Part shown: positions 7,789-17,100 of the stretch, one piece after another
Numbering within the stretch: the first letter of the stretch is position 1
Layout: every line of letters begins with the position of its first letter
DNA from: Virgisporangium ochraceum
Lineage (GTDB): Bacteria > Actinomycetota > Actinomycetes > Mycobacteriales > Micromonosporaceae
DNA length: 32,000 nucleotides
Assembly (NCBI RefSeq): GCF_016863655.1
Contig: NZ_BOPH01000050.1
Coordinates: 25,665-57,664 of the forward strand
Direction of reading: 5' to 3'
Position numbers and translations under genes: made by a program
The notes under the pieces: generated by a model
Database searches by the model: none
Told to the model about the DNA's origin: nothing
What the model saw: only the letters and a program-made list of their open reading frames with translations

Positions 7789-9424
7789 ACCGCGACCCGT
7801 CACGGAACAGCTCCTCGATCCGGGGCGGGATCACGTTGTCCACGTAGGACAGTTCCCAGTCGCGGTTCCACGACCCGCTGGTACCGAACCGCCACCGCCC
7901 GTCGAGACCCGGCCGGCCGTCGCCGCGCGACACCGTGAACTCGACCCGGCCCTCCGGGTTCTGCCCCGCGGTGCCGGTCTCGACCTGGTTCCACCACCCC
8001 ACGAGCTTGTCCTCTTCGAGCTCGGCGTACACCCGGCCGTCCTTGAACGTGTAGACCATGCGGAACACGCCGTCGTCGGTCTTGATGTAGCAGTCGCCGT
8101 ACACGGAGCTGGTCCAGTGCCCGGCGAGGCTGTCGAGGATCCGCCGCTGGTCGGCGGTGAGCGCGGACGCGCCCGCCGGCCGGTCGAGGTAGCGGTAGAC
8201 GCCGTAGCCCGCCCCGCCCAGCAGAACCAGGAGCACCGCCGCGCCGACGAGCAACCGCGCCGGCCAGTTCACCCCGCCCGCCGGCGCCGCGGCCGCCGGA
8301 GCCGCCGGGGTCGTTCGGTCCGTCCGGGTCGGCCGGGTCGGTCGGGGCGCCGCGGCCGCCTGCGACCGATCCGGTGGCCGCGGCTGTGCCCGCGTCCGTT
8401 CCGCCGGGTCCGGAACCGACAGCAACGCGCCCTCGGCGACCGTCAGCTCCGGCTGGTCGGCCATGTGCGGCGCCATTCCCGTGGCCCGGTGCAGCATCGT
8501 GCCCGCCAACGGGATCCGGCTGCCGCCGCCGACCATGAGCACCGCCGCGACCTCGGTGCCCGCGAACCGCATCGCCGACAGCGTGGTGTGCACCGTCCGC
8601 GCCAGCAACGGCTGCACCACCGCCTCGAACTCGTCGCGGGTCACGTGGGCGTCGAGGCCGATCGACGCGTTGCGCAGGGCCACCGTCGACGTGGTCGACA
8701 GCATCTCCTTGGCGACGCGCACCTCGTCCCGCAGCGCCTGCCGCGCCTGGAGGTCGACCGGCTCCGGGTGGCCGCCGTGGTCGCGCACGTGCGTCGCGAG
8801 GGCCTCGTCGAGGTCGATGCCGCCCACGTCGTCGAGGCCGTCGAACGCGGCGGCCTCGTAGCCGGACGCGCCGCGCACGACCACGCCGACGTCGAACGTC
8901 CCGGCGCCGAGGTCGTACACCACGACCGACCGGCCGACCGGGATCGCGTCCTCGTACCGGGACGCGGCCGCCACCGGCTCCGGCACCATCGCGGGCTCGG
9001 TGATCCCGGCGCGGCGGGCGGCTTCGGCGAGCACGGCCCGCCGGGGCGCGGCCCACCCGGCCGGGTAGGTCACCGCGGTGCGCGGCACCGGTCCCGACGT
9101 GATCTTCACCGCGGCCGCGACGACGCGCTCCAGCACCGCGGCGAACATGTCGACGACCGCGACTTCGCGACCGCCGAGGAGCACCGCGTACTCGTCGACC
9201 CGGCGCTTCGGGTTCGGCTCCAGCCGCGCCGGGTCGAACCGCCCGTGGTGGAGTGCGTCCCGCCCCGTCTCCAGTCGCCCCAACCCCGGCGCGAACACCG
9301 CCGACGGCAGCAGCGGCGAGCCGTCGAACAGGAGCGGTTGCATGCGGCCGGTCGGCCATCGCAGCACGGCGACCGTGCTCGATGTCCCGAAGTCGATCCC
9401 CAACGCGTAATGGCCCGTAGCCAT
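7772..9424 (-). CDS. Hsp70-family (DnaK-like nucleotide-binding domain) protein with Pro/Ala-rich linker, one TM helix and a small C-terminal domain
   Basis: Track ORF 550 aa. Motifs: ALGIDFGTSSTVAV (phosphate-1), VVVYDLGAGTFDVGVV (phosphate-2), LMVGGGSRIPL (adenosine). A linker PRPTRPTRTDRTTPAAPAAAAPAGG follows, then the TM segment WPARLLVGAAVLLVLLGGAGYGVY and about 120 further aa. Confidence 0.85.
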   Translation of the reverse strand: MATGHYALGIDFGTSSTVAVLRWPTGRMQPLLFDGSPLLPSAVFAPGLGRLETGRDALHHGRFDPARLEPNPKRRVDEYAVLLGGREVAVVDMFAAVLERVVAAAVKITSGPVPRTAVTYPAGWAAPRRAVLAEAARRAGITEPAMVPEPVAAASRYEDAIPVGRSVVVYDLGAGTFDVGVVVRGASGYEAAAFDGLDDVGGIDLDEALATHVRDHGGHPEPVDLQARQALRDEVRVAKEMLSTTSTVALRNASIGLDAHVTRDEFEAVVQPLLARTVHTTLSAMRFAGTEVAAVLMVGGGSRIPLAGTMLHRATGMAPHMADQPELTVAEGALLSVPDPAERTRAQPRPPDRSQAAAAPRPTRPTRTDRTTPAAPAAAAPAGGVNWPARLLVGAAVLLVLLGGAGYGVYRYLDRPAGASALTADQRRILDSLAGHWTSSVYGDCYIKTDDGVFRMVYTFKDGRVYAELEEDKLVGWWNQVETGTAGQNPEGRVEFTVSRGDGRPGLDGRWRFGTSGSWNRDWELSYVDNVIPPRIEELFRDGSRFRKGP

Positions 9425-9499
9425 GCAGTGAGCTTAAGGGCCGCGGCAAGTGGGCCGTTCGGCTGCGACGGAGCGGCCGATCGAGTGATACCGATGGAG

Positions 9500-10348
9500 C
9501 TACGGGATCAGTTCGGTGCGCAGCTCGTGGCTGCCGTCGGGGAGCGGCGCCTCGTAGTAGAGGCGGTATCCACCGCCCGGCAGCGGCAGGACGTCGAGGT
9601 ACCGGACGGCCGCCACCGGTTCACCCTCGCTGCGCAGCGTGCCGTTTTCTGCTCTTGCGATTCCGGTGCGCTCGTCGAAGTTCTCCTCGGCGGTGGCCCG
9701 GCCGTCGTAGGCGGCCCGCCCGTCGGGCAGCACCGCGGTGACCCGGGCGCCACGGGCGTCCCACTGCCCCTCGCGACCGGCGAGCACGGTGCCGTGCCAG
9801 GTCCAGGCGAGACCGTCGTCGCTCGTGGCGTAGGCGGTGGTCATCCGGTCCTCGGCGTCGACGATGTCGAGCGGGTGGCAGCAGATCCAGGCGTGCCACG
9901 TGTCGTCGACGATCCGGACGACGGGGTCCTTCACGCCGAGGTCGGCGGAGCCGGAAAAGACCGTGCTCCTCTCCGCGGTCTCGAGGCTCGCGAGGTCGTC
10001 GGCGTCGAGGGCGTCGATCCACCAGTGCTTGGAGTTCGGCGTGGCGCAGCACACGTAGATGCGCCAGCCGCCGTCGGGCCGGCGCACCAACGCCGGCCGT
10101 TCCAGGGACTCCGCACCGAAACGATCCTTGTCCAGCGTTGCCACGGTGTGGAAGCGCACGCCGTCCACTGAAGAAGCCACGACCACGGCGGCGCCGCGCT
10201 GTTCGACGCGCCGTACGCGGTAGGCGAGAGCGATTCCTCCGTCGTGGAGGGCCGCGCTCGGGGCGCCGACCCACTGGCCGAAGCCCTGCCCGGGGGCGGG
10301 AACGACGACGGACGGGGTGGCGGAACCGGGAACGGGGAAGGTGGTCAT
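9500..10348 (-). CDS. Hypothetical protein, possibly a beta-propeller glycosidase-like fold (GH32/43/130-like). Function not supported beyond fold-level resemblance.
   Basis: Track ORF 282 aa with high GC3. It has repeated beta-strand-like blocks ([46 protein letters not shown]) and no signal peptide. Confidence 0.55.
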   Translation of the reverse strand: MTTFPVPGSATPSVVVPAPGQGFGQWVGAPSAALHDGGIALAYRVRRVEQRGAAVVVASSVDGVRFHTVATLDKDRFGAESLERPALVRRPDGGWRIYVCCATPNSKHWWIDALDADDLASLETAERSTVFSGSADLGVKDPVVRIVDDTWHAWICCHPLDIVDAEDRMTTAYATSDDGLAWTWHGTVLAGREGQWDARGARVTAVLPDGRAAYDGRATAEENFDERTGIARAENGTLRSEGEPVAAVRYLDVLPLPGGGYRLYYEAPLPDGSHELRTELIP

Positions 10349-10424
10349 ACGTGATCTTATCCGTTGTCCACAGATTCCTCAGCGGGGCAGCGATCTTCGA
10401 CGGGACGGCGGCACGCTGTTCGCC

Positions 10425-11270
10425 ATGCTGTCGGTGCCGTTCCTCGGATCCGTGGCGGTGACGGCCGGTCTCGTGACGCCGGCACGCCTGCGCGGGCCAC
10501 GCTTCCGGCGGTTGTTCCGCGGCGTGTACGTGGAACGGGCCACGGTCGTGGACCACTACACGCTGTGCCGCGCGGCCACCCTGCTGCTGCCGCCGGGCGC
10601 GGCGTTGAGCCACCGGTCGGCGGCGATGCTGCACAACGCGTTCGTGCTGGCCCGCGACCAGCCCGTGGAGGTCACCGCCGAGGCCGGGGTGCGTTCGCAG
10701 CCCGGGCTGCACGTCGTGCGCTCCCCGTTGGGGGCGGGCGACGTGGTGAGACGCGGCGGGCTGCCGGTCACGAGCCCGCTGCGGACGGCGTTCGACCTGG
10801 CGCGTCGCCGGGACCCGGTGACCGCGGTCGTCGGTGTGGACGCCCTGCTGAAGGTGCGGGCGGTGCACCCGGCCGCGCTCGCCGACTACATCGAGGAGCA
10901 CGCCGGCTGGCAGGGCACCAACGCCGCCCGGCGGGCGGTCGCGCTGGCCCGGCCGTACGTGGAGTCGCCGATGGAGACCCGGCTGCGGCTGATACCGGTG
11001 CTCGGCGGGCTGCCCGAACCGGTGGTGCAGTACGAGGTCTACGACGGGGTCGGACACCTGGTGGCCCGGCTCGACCTCGCATATCCGGAGCACCGGCTGG
11101 GACTCGAGTACGACGGCGACCACCACCGGGAACGGGACACGTTCCGGCGCGACGCCGTCCGTCTCAACCGCTTGAACCTGCTGGGCTGGACCGTGCTCCG
11201 CTTCACGGCGGACGACGTGCTACGCAATCCGGACAGAACGCTCGCGCACATCCGGGCAGCCCTCGCATGA
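10425..11270 (+). CDS. DUF559 / Vsr-like endonuclease-domain protein with an AbiEi-like N-terminal region
   Basis: In-frame ATG at 10425 of track ORF 10317..11270. The C-terminus SPMETRLRLIPVLGGLPEPVVQYEV...LDLAYPEHRLGLEYDGDHHRERDTFRRDAVRLNRLNLLGWTVLRFTADDV is typical of actinobacterial DUF559 proteins. Confidence 0.7.
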   Translation: MLSVPFLGSVAVTAGLVTPARLRGPRFRRLFRGVYVERATVVDHYTLCRAATLLLPPGAALSHRSAAMLHNAFVLARDQPVEVTAEAGVRSQPGLHVVRSPLGAGDVVRRGGLPVTSPLRTAFDLARRRDPVTAVVGVDALLKVRAVHPAALADYIEEHAGWQGTNAARRAVALARPYVESPMETRLRLIPVLGGLPEPVVQYEVYDGVGHLVARLDLAYPEHRLGLEYDGDHHRERDTFRRDAVRLNRLNLLGWTVLRFTADDVLRNPDRTLAHIRAALA

Positions 11271-11281
11271 TCGAAAGTGTT

Positions 11282-11328
11282 GGCGACTTTCTGCTGTCCG
11301 CGGTGGCCGGAGACAGCAGAAAGTCGCC
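11282..11328. terminator. Perfect 17-bp stem / 13-nt loop hairpin between convergent genes (candidate bidirectional terminator)
   Basis: GGCGACTTTCTGCTGTC (11282..11298) is the exact reverse complement of GACAGCAGAAAGTCGCC (11312..11328). The hairpin lies 12 nt after the DUF559 stop and 12 nt before the amidohydrolase stop. Confidence 0.6.
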
Positions 11329-11329
11329 A

Positions 11330-11338
11330 CCACTGTGG
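11330..11338. repeat. Iterated palindrome copy: CCACTGTGG
   Basis: Intergenic. It begins 2 nt after the 11282..11328 hairpin and ends 2 nt before the amidohydrolase stop. Confidence 0.9.
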
Positions 11339-11339
11339 A

Positions 11340-12164
11340 TCATGACTTGAAGAAGAGGCGCCTCGCGTTGCCGGCCAGGAAGAGGGCGCGGGCCTCGTCG
11401 TCCAGGCCGAGCTTGTCCAGGTGTTCGAGGCAGCGGGCGGGGCTGAGCATCGGCCAGTTCGAGCCGAACAGGACCCGCCCCCTCCCCCGTCCGCGCATGA
11501 AGTCGACCAGCTCCGGCGGGAGACGGTGCAGCGCGTAGGCGGAGGTGTCGACGTGGAAGTTCGGGTACTTGGCCGCCAGCGCCAGCACCTCGTGCATCCA
11601 TGGGTACCCGACGTGGCCGCCGACCACCACGAGGTCGGGGAAGTCGAGCAGCACCTCGTCGAGGTACGGGATCGGCCGTCCCGGTTCCGAGGGGAACAGC
11701 GGTCCGGTATGACCGATCTGCGTGCACAGCGGCACGCCGAGCTCGACGCATGCCACGTAGATCGGGTAGTACCGGCGGTCGTTCGGCGGCAGCTTCCACA
11801 GCCACGGAACGATCCTCACCCCGACGAACCCGAGCTCCGTTACTGCGTGGCGGATCTGGCGTGTGGCGGCGACCGGGTCGGTCAGGTCGACGGCCGCGAG
11901 GCCCGCGAAGCGGTCCGGATGCGCGTTCACCACCTCGGCGACCTCGTCGTTGGAGATGAGCGACCCGTTCGGCGCGTGCCAGGCCGAGAGCAACGCGGTC
12001 GTCACGCCGGCCTGGTCCATGGCGCCCAGGGTGGCCTCGACCGGAAGGGCGCGACCGACGGTGGGACCGGCGTTCTGCGTCCAGCGCAGCAGCGGCGCCA
12101 GCCATGGGACCTGGGTGAACCGCTCGGTCGGATGCTGTGCCCAGACGTCGACGATGTCGTCCAT
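11340..12164 (-). CDS. Amidohydrolase-2 family protein (ACMSD/LigW-like metal-dependent hydrolase/decarboxylase)
   Basis: Track ORF 274 aa: MDDIVDVWAQHPTERF...GVTTALLSAWHAPNG...FVGVRIVPWLW...IGHTGPLFPSEPGRPIPYLDEVLLDFPDLVVVGGHVGYPW...HVDTSAY...VLFGSNWPM, with characteristic His/Asp metal-ligand blocks. Confidence 0.8.
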   Translation of the reverse strand: MDDIVDVWAQHPTERFTQVPWLAPLLRWTQNAGPTVGRALPVEATLGAMDQAGVTTALLSAWHAPNGSLISNDEVAEVVNAHPDRFAGLAAVDLTDPVAATRQIRHAVTELGFVGVRIVPWLWKLPPNDRRYYPIYVACVELGVPLCTQIGHTGPLFPSEPGRPIPYLDEVLLDFPDLVVVGGHVGYPWMHEVLALAAKYPNFHVDTSAYALHRLPPELVDFMRGRGRGRVLFGSNWPMLSPARCLEHLDKLGLDDEARALFLAGNARRLFFKS

Positions 12165-12174
12165 GAGAACCTCA

Positions 12175-12188
12175 CTTCACTAGTGAAG
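12175..12188. promoter_or_regulatory. Perfect 14-bp palindrome CTTCACTAGTGAAG in the amidohydrolase/MarR divergent gap (candidate MarR operator)
   Basis: The sequence is self-complementary. It sits 11 nt from the amidohydrolase ATG and about 48 nt upstream of the MarR start. Confidence 0.5.
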
Positions 12189-12235
12189 CGAGACTAGAAA
12201 GCGGCGGGACCCCCGTCAAGCTCTGCAAGGATTGC

Positions 12236-12676
12236 GTGATGAGCGACGCCGAACCGGACCAGCGGGTGTTCCTCCTGCTCCAGCAGGCCGCACACCGGCT
12301 GCGGCTGTGGGCCGACCGGCGCAGCGTCGACCTCGCCGGAGTGACCACCGCGCAGACCGGCGCCCTGTTCGCGCTGCACGACGCGCCGAGGTCCACGCAA
12401 CGGGAGCTGGCCGCGGCGCTCGGGCAGCGGGAGTCCGCCGTCACGGCGATGGTGCGCCGGCTGCTCGACGCCGGGCTCGTCGAGCGTCACCCCAGCCCCG
12501 ACGACCACCGCGCCCACCAACTGGCCCTCACCGATTACGGGGTGGAAACCCTCGAAACCGTCAGGCCGTTGGTGGCCGAGTTCAACGCGATGCTGCGGCG
12601 GGTGCTCGGCGCCGACGGACCGCGCGCGCTCGCGGACGCCCTGCGGACCCTGCGCGACGCCGACGAGTTCCGATGA
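12236..12676 (+). CDS. MarR-family transcriptional regulator
   Basis: Track ORF 146 aa: ...FLLLQQAAHRLRLWADRRSVDLAGVTTAQTGALFALHDAPRSTQRELAAALGQRESAVTAMVRRLLDAGLVERHPSPDDHRAHQLALTDYG (MarR wHTH). Start is GTG 12236 or ATG 12239. Its TGA (12674..12676) overlaps the next ATG (12673..12675). Confidence 0.9.
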   Translation: MMSDAEPDQRVFLLLQQAAHRLRLWADRRSVDLAGVTTAQTGALFALHDAPRSTQRELAAALGQRESAVTAMVRRLLDAGLVERHPSPDDHRAHQLALTDYGVETLETVRPLVAEFNAMLRRVLGADGPRALADALRTLRDADEFR

Positions 12677-14180
12677 CCCTGGTCGACGTCCTCCTGCGGG
12701 CGGCCGACGAGGCACCGGACCAGGTGGTCGTGCACGTCCACGCCGACGGCACCGAGACCACGGTGACGCACCGCCAGCTGCGCGACGACGCGCTGCGGGT
12801 CGCCGCCGGCCTGTCGGCCGTTCCGCGGGGCATGCCCGTGATCCTCCGGTTGGACCGGAGCGCGGACTTCCAGGCGGCGTTCTGGGGCGCGGTGTGCGCC
12901 GGCCTCGTGCCGGTTCCGCTGGCTCCCGGCGCCACCCACGTGGCGGCGGCACTCGACCATCCACCCGTGGTCACGGCGGCCGACCTGCCCGCGTTGCGGC
13001 GCAACGGTTCCACCGGCGTGCGCCGGCGGGCGGCGGACGACCTCGCGTTCCTGCAGTACTCCTCGGGCAGCACCGGCGACCCGCGCGGCGTCGAGGTGAC
13101 GCACGCCAACATCGTGGCGAACCTGTCGCAGTCCGTCGCGGCGGGTGGCTTCCGGTCATCCGACGTGATCGTCACCTGGTTGCCGTACCACCACGACATG
13201 GGGCTGATCGGCAGCCATCTCGTGCCGCTGTCCGTCCACATGAGACAGGTCGTGCTCAGCCCGGTGACGTTCGCGAAGCGGCCCGTCCGCTGGCTGGAGA
13301 CCGCGACCCGGCACCGCGCCACGGTACTGCCCGCGGTGAACTTCGCGCTGGCGCTGGTCGTGCGGCGGGTACCGGACTGGGACGCGTTCGACCTGAGCCC
13401 GGTGCGGTTGTGCGCGGTCGGCGCGGAGCCGATCGCACCGGCCGTGTGGCGGTCGTTCCTGGAGAAGGCGGCGGCCGCCGGGCTGAATCCGGCCGCGGTG
13501 CAGCCGGTGTACGGGTTGGCGGAGGCGACCCTCGGCGTCTGCGCGCCGCCGTTGGGAGAGGCGGCGGTACCGGTGGTGCTCGACCGCGCGGCGCTGGCGG
13601 AAGGCCGGGCCGAGCCCGCTTCCTCCGGTGTGGGGGCCGAGTTCATGGACGTCGGCCACCCGGTGCCGGGATGCACCGTGCGGATCGTCGACGACGCGCG
13701 CGCCGCCCTGCCCGACGACCGCGTCGGCCACATCGAGGTGCGCGGACCGAACGTGGCCCGCGGCTACCACCGCGACCCGGACGCCACGGCACGGTCCTTC
13801 GTGGACGGTTGGCTGCGCACCGGCGACCTCGGGTTCCTCCGGCGTGGACGGTTGTGCGTCACCGGCCGGGCCAAGGACGTGGTGTTCGTCAACGGAGCGA
13901 CGCTCCACGCGTCGGACCTGGAGGCGGTGGCCGCCGCCACCCCCGGCATGCCGGCGGGCACGTGTGCGGTCGTGGGGACACCCGACCCGGCCACCGGCGC
14001 CGACCGCGTCGTGGTGTTCGTGCCGCGCCACAGCCCGGTGGCGCGCGTCGCGGGCCGGATCGCCGCGGCGACCGGGCACTCCGACGTCCACGTCGTGCCG
14101 CTCGCCACGCTGCCGCGCACGACGAGCGGCAAGGTGCGCCGCGCACTCCTGCGCGCCCGGTTCGAGGCGGGCGAGTTCCC
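12673..14180 (+). other. Domain: fatty acyl-AMP ligase (FAAL)-type adenylation domain
   Basis: Motifs: DLAFLQYSSGSTGDPRGVEVTHANIVANL, VTWLPYHHDMGLIG, YGLAEATLGV, WLRTGDLGF, TSGKVRR. Confidence 0.85.
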
Positions 14181-17100
14181 CGCGAAGCCCGACGCGGAGA
14201 GCACGGTCCGCCGCGCCTGGGGCAGGGCCCTGCGCCGGGACCCGGCGACCCTCGACGCGCACGACCGGTTCCTCGAGATCGGCGGCACGTCGCTCACGGC
14301 GATGCAGGTGCTGGCCGACCTCGAGGACGCGTACGGCGTCGAGCTCGACCCGCTCGTGCTCCGCGACCACGCGACGATCGCCCAGCTGGCCGGATACCTG
14401 GACGGCCACCGGCCGACCCCCGCGCGACCCACGACCGGCGCCGCGCCGGCAACGGGAACCGTGGCCGTCATCGGGATGGCGTGCCGGTTCCCCGGAGCCG
14501 ACACGCCCGAGCGCTTCTGGGACGCGCTGCTGGCCGGGTACGACGCCGTCGCCGACTCGACCCGCTGGGCCGGGTCCGGGTCGTTCCTCGACGATCCGGC
14601 GGCCTTCGACGCCGCGTTCTTCGGCCTCGACGCCGACGAGGCCGGGCACACCGATCCGCAGACCCGCATCCTCCTCGAAGTGGCGCACGAGGCGCTGGAA
14701 CGGGCCGGCTACGCCGGTCACCGCCGCCGCGGGGTACGGGTCGGTGTGTTCGCCGCGGCCGGCGAGAGCGGGTACGCCGACCTGCAGCGGCGGGCGGGCG
14801 TCTCCCCGCGGGCCGGGCTGATCGGCGGGCTGCGCACCCTCGTGGCCGCCCGCGTCGCCCACGCGCTCGACCTCGACGGGCCGGCGCTCGTCGTCGACAC
14901 CGCGTGCTCGTCGGCGCTCGTCGCCCTGCACCTGGCCCGGCTGAGCATCGCCGCCGGCGAATGCGACCTCGCCGTCGTCGGCGGGGTCAACCTGAACCTC
15001 ACCTCCGACGCCCACCGCGCGCTCGACGACGCGCGGGCCGTCTCGAAGACGGGGCGCTGCCGCGTGTTCAGCGCCGACGCCGACGGGATCGTGCCGGGCG
15101 AGGGCGCGGCGGCCCTGGTGCTCGCCGGTGCCGAGGCCGCCCGCCGGCGCGGAGATCCGGTGCTGGCGCTGGTACGCGGCAGCGCGGTCAACAACGACGG
15201 CCGCTCGCTCAGCGTCCTGACCCCGAACCCGCCGCGGCAGCAGGAGGTGATCGCCCGCGCGTACCGGGAGTCGGGGGTGGACCCGGCCCGGGTGTCCTAT
15301 GTGGAGGCCCACGGCACCGGCACGGTACTGGGCGACCCGATCGAGGTCCGGTCGCTGGCGCGGGCCCTGCCGCCCCGTCGCGACGGCCGGCCGCGGTGGC
15401 TGGGCTCGGTCAAGGCCAACCTCGGGCACCTGCTGAACGCGGCCGGCATGCCGGCGCTGGTCAAGGTCGTGCTGGCGCTGGGGCACCGGCGGCTTCCCCC
15501 GTCGCCGCACCACGACCCGGTCTCGACGCGGCTCGGCCTCGCCGGCGCGGGCCTCGCCGTGGTCGCCGGGCCCGTGGAGTGGACGGCCGACGGCCCGCTC
15601 GTCGCGGGCGTGAACGGGTTCGGCTTCGGCGGCACGAACGCCCACGTGATCCTGGAGGAACCGCCCACGGCACCGGTCTCCGCGCGGCGGCCGGGTCCCC
15701 ACCTGCTGACCCTGTCGGCCGGCAGCCCGCGCGCGCTCGACGAGGCGGTGGCCGCCCTACGCGCCCACGCCACCGCCCGGCCGGACCTCGGTGCCGGCGA
15801 CCTGTGCGCCAGCGCCGGCTCCGCGCGGGACCACGGCCGCCACCGCGTCTCGGTCGTGGTCGACGGCGACTCGGCCGCGGACGTGGCGGCCGCCCTGGCG
15901 ACCGCGACACCGGTGACGGCGGCCGGTTCCGCGCGGCTCGCGTTCGTCCTGCCCCCGACCGGGGGCGTCGGTGCGGCGCTGGCCCGTCGTCTCATGGCCG
16001 CCGGCATCCGCCCCGACACGGTGGTACGGGCCGGATCCGCCGTCGACGGGTCCGCGGTCGTCGTCGCGTTCGCCGGTGCGGCGCCGGGCGCCGCGGTGCC
16101 TGGCGACGGGCCGCGCGCCGCGGTGCCGGGCGCCCACGTGGTTCCCGCCGACGCCGACGGGCGGGCACTGCTCGCGCTCGCCGGCCGGCTGTGGGAGGTC
16201 GGCGTACCGCTGGACCGCACCGCGCTCGACGCCGGATCCACGCGCGTACCGGTGCCGACCTACCCGTTCCAGCGGCAGCGGTACTGGGTCGACCCGCCGC
16301 CGGCGCTGCACCGGCTCGACTGGCGGCCCGCCCCGCTGGCGGCCGGCGAGCCGCGACCCGTTCTGGTGCACCGGGTCGGCCCGTCCTCCACTGTGGACAG
16401 CGTCGGCAGCCTCGATGCCGAGGTCCGCGCGGCGGTCGCGGCCGTCCGCGGGCTGCTGGACCGGCGGACCGGCGCGGTCCTCGTGGTGACCGAGGACGTG
16501 TACGCCACCGGCGCACCCGGCGAGACGGTGCGACCGGCGCAGGCCGTGGCCGTCGGGCTGGCGCTGGCGCTGCCCGCGGAGGTACCCGGGCTCGGGGTGC
16601 GGGTCGTCGATCTGTCCACGGTGGACGGCGCCGACCGGCACGCCGCAGCGCTGGAGCGGGAGAGCACCGCGCCACCGGCGCCGGGCGCGGCCGAGGTCGT
16701 CGCGTGGCGCGGCGGTGAACGCCTGACCCGCGTGGCCGTACCGGTCGACGGTGCCGGTACCGGGCCGGTCGGCGGCGCCTATCTCGTCACGGGTGGCACG
16801 GGCGGCCTGGGCACCGCCCTGGCCCGGGACCTCGCCGCGAGCGGTCGGCCGACGGTCGTCCTCGTCGCCCGTGGCGCCACCCCGCCCGCGGACCTGCTCG
16901 CCGAGCTCCGGTCGCTCGGAGCCCGGGCCCACTACATCCCGTGCGATGTCGGCGATCCCGCTTCGGTCGAGGCGCTCGCCGCGGCCGTCGACGCGCTCGC
17001 GCCCACGCTGGACGCCGTGTTCCACGCGGCCGGCGTGCTCCGTCCGGGCAGCCTCGCCGCGCAGTCGGACGACGACCTCGCCGCGGTGCTGGCGCCCAAG

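Noticed and set aside
10425-11270. DUF559/AbiEi-like protein considered as a toxin-antitoxin or phage-defence module
   Set aside because: It is a single gene with no AbiEii-type nucleotidyltransferase partner and no other defence genes nearby. Such DUF559 proteins are numerous in actinomycete genomes.
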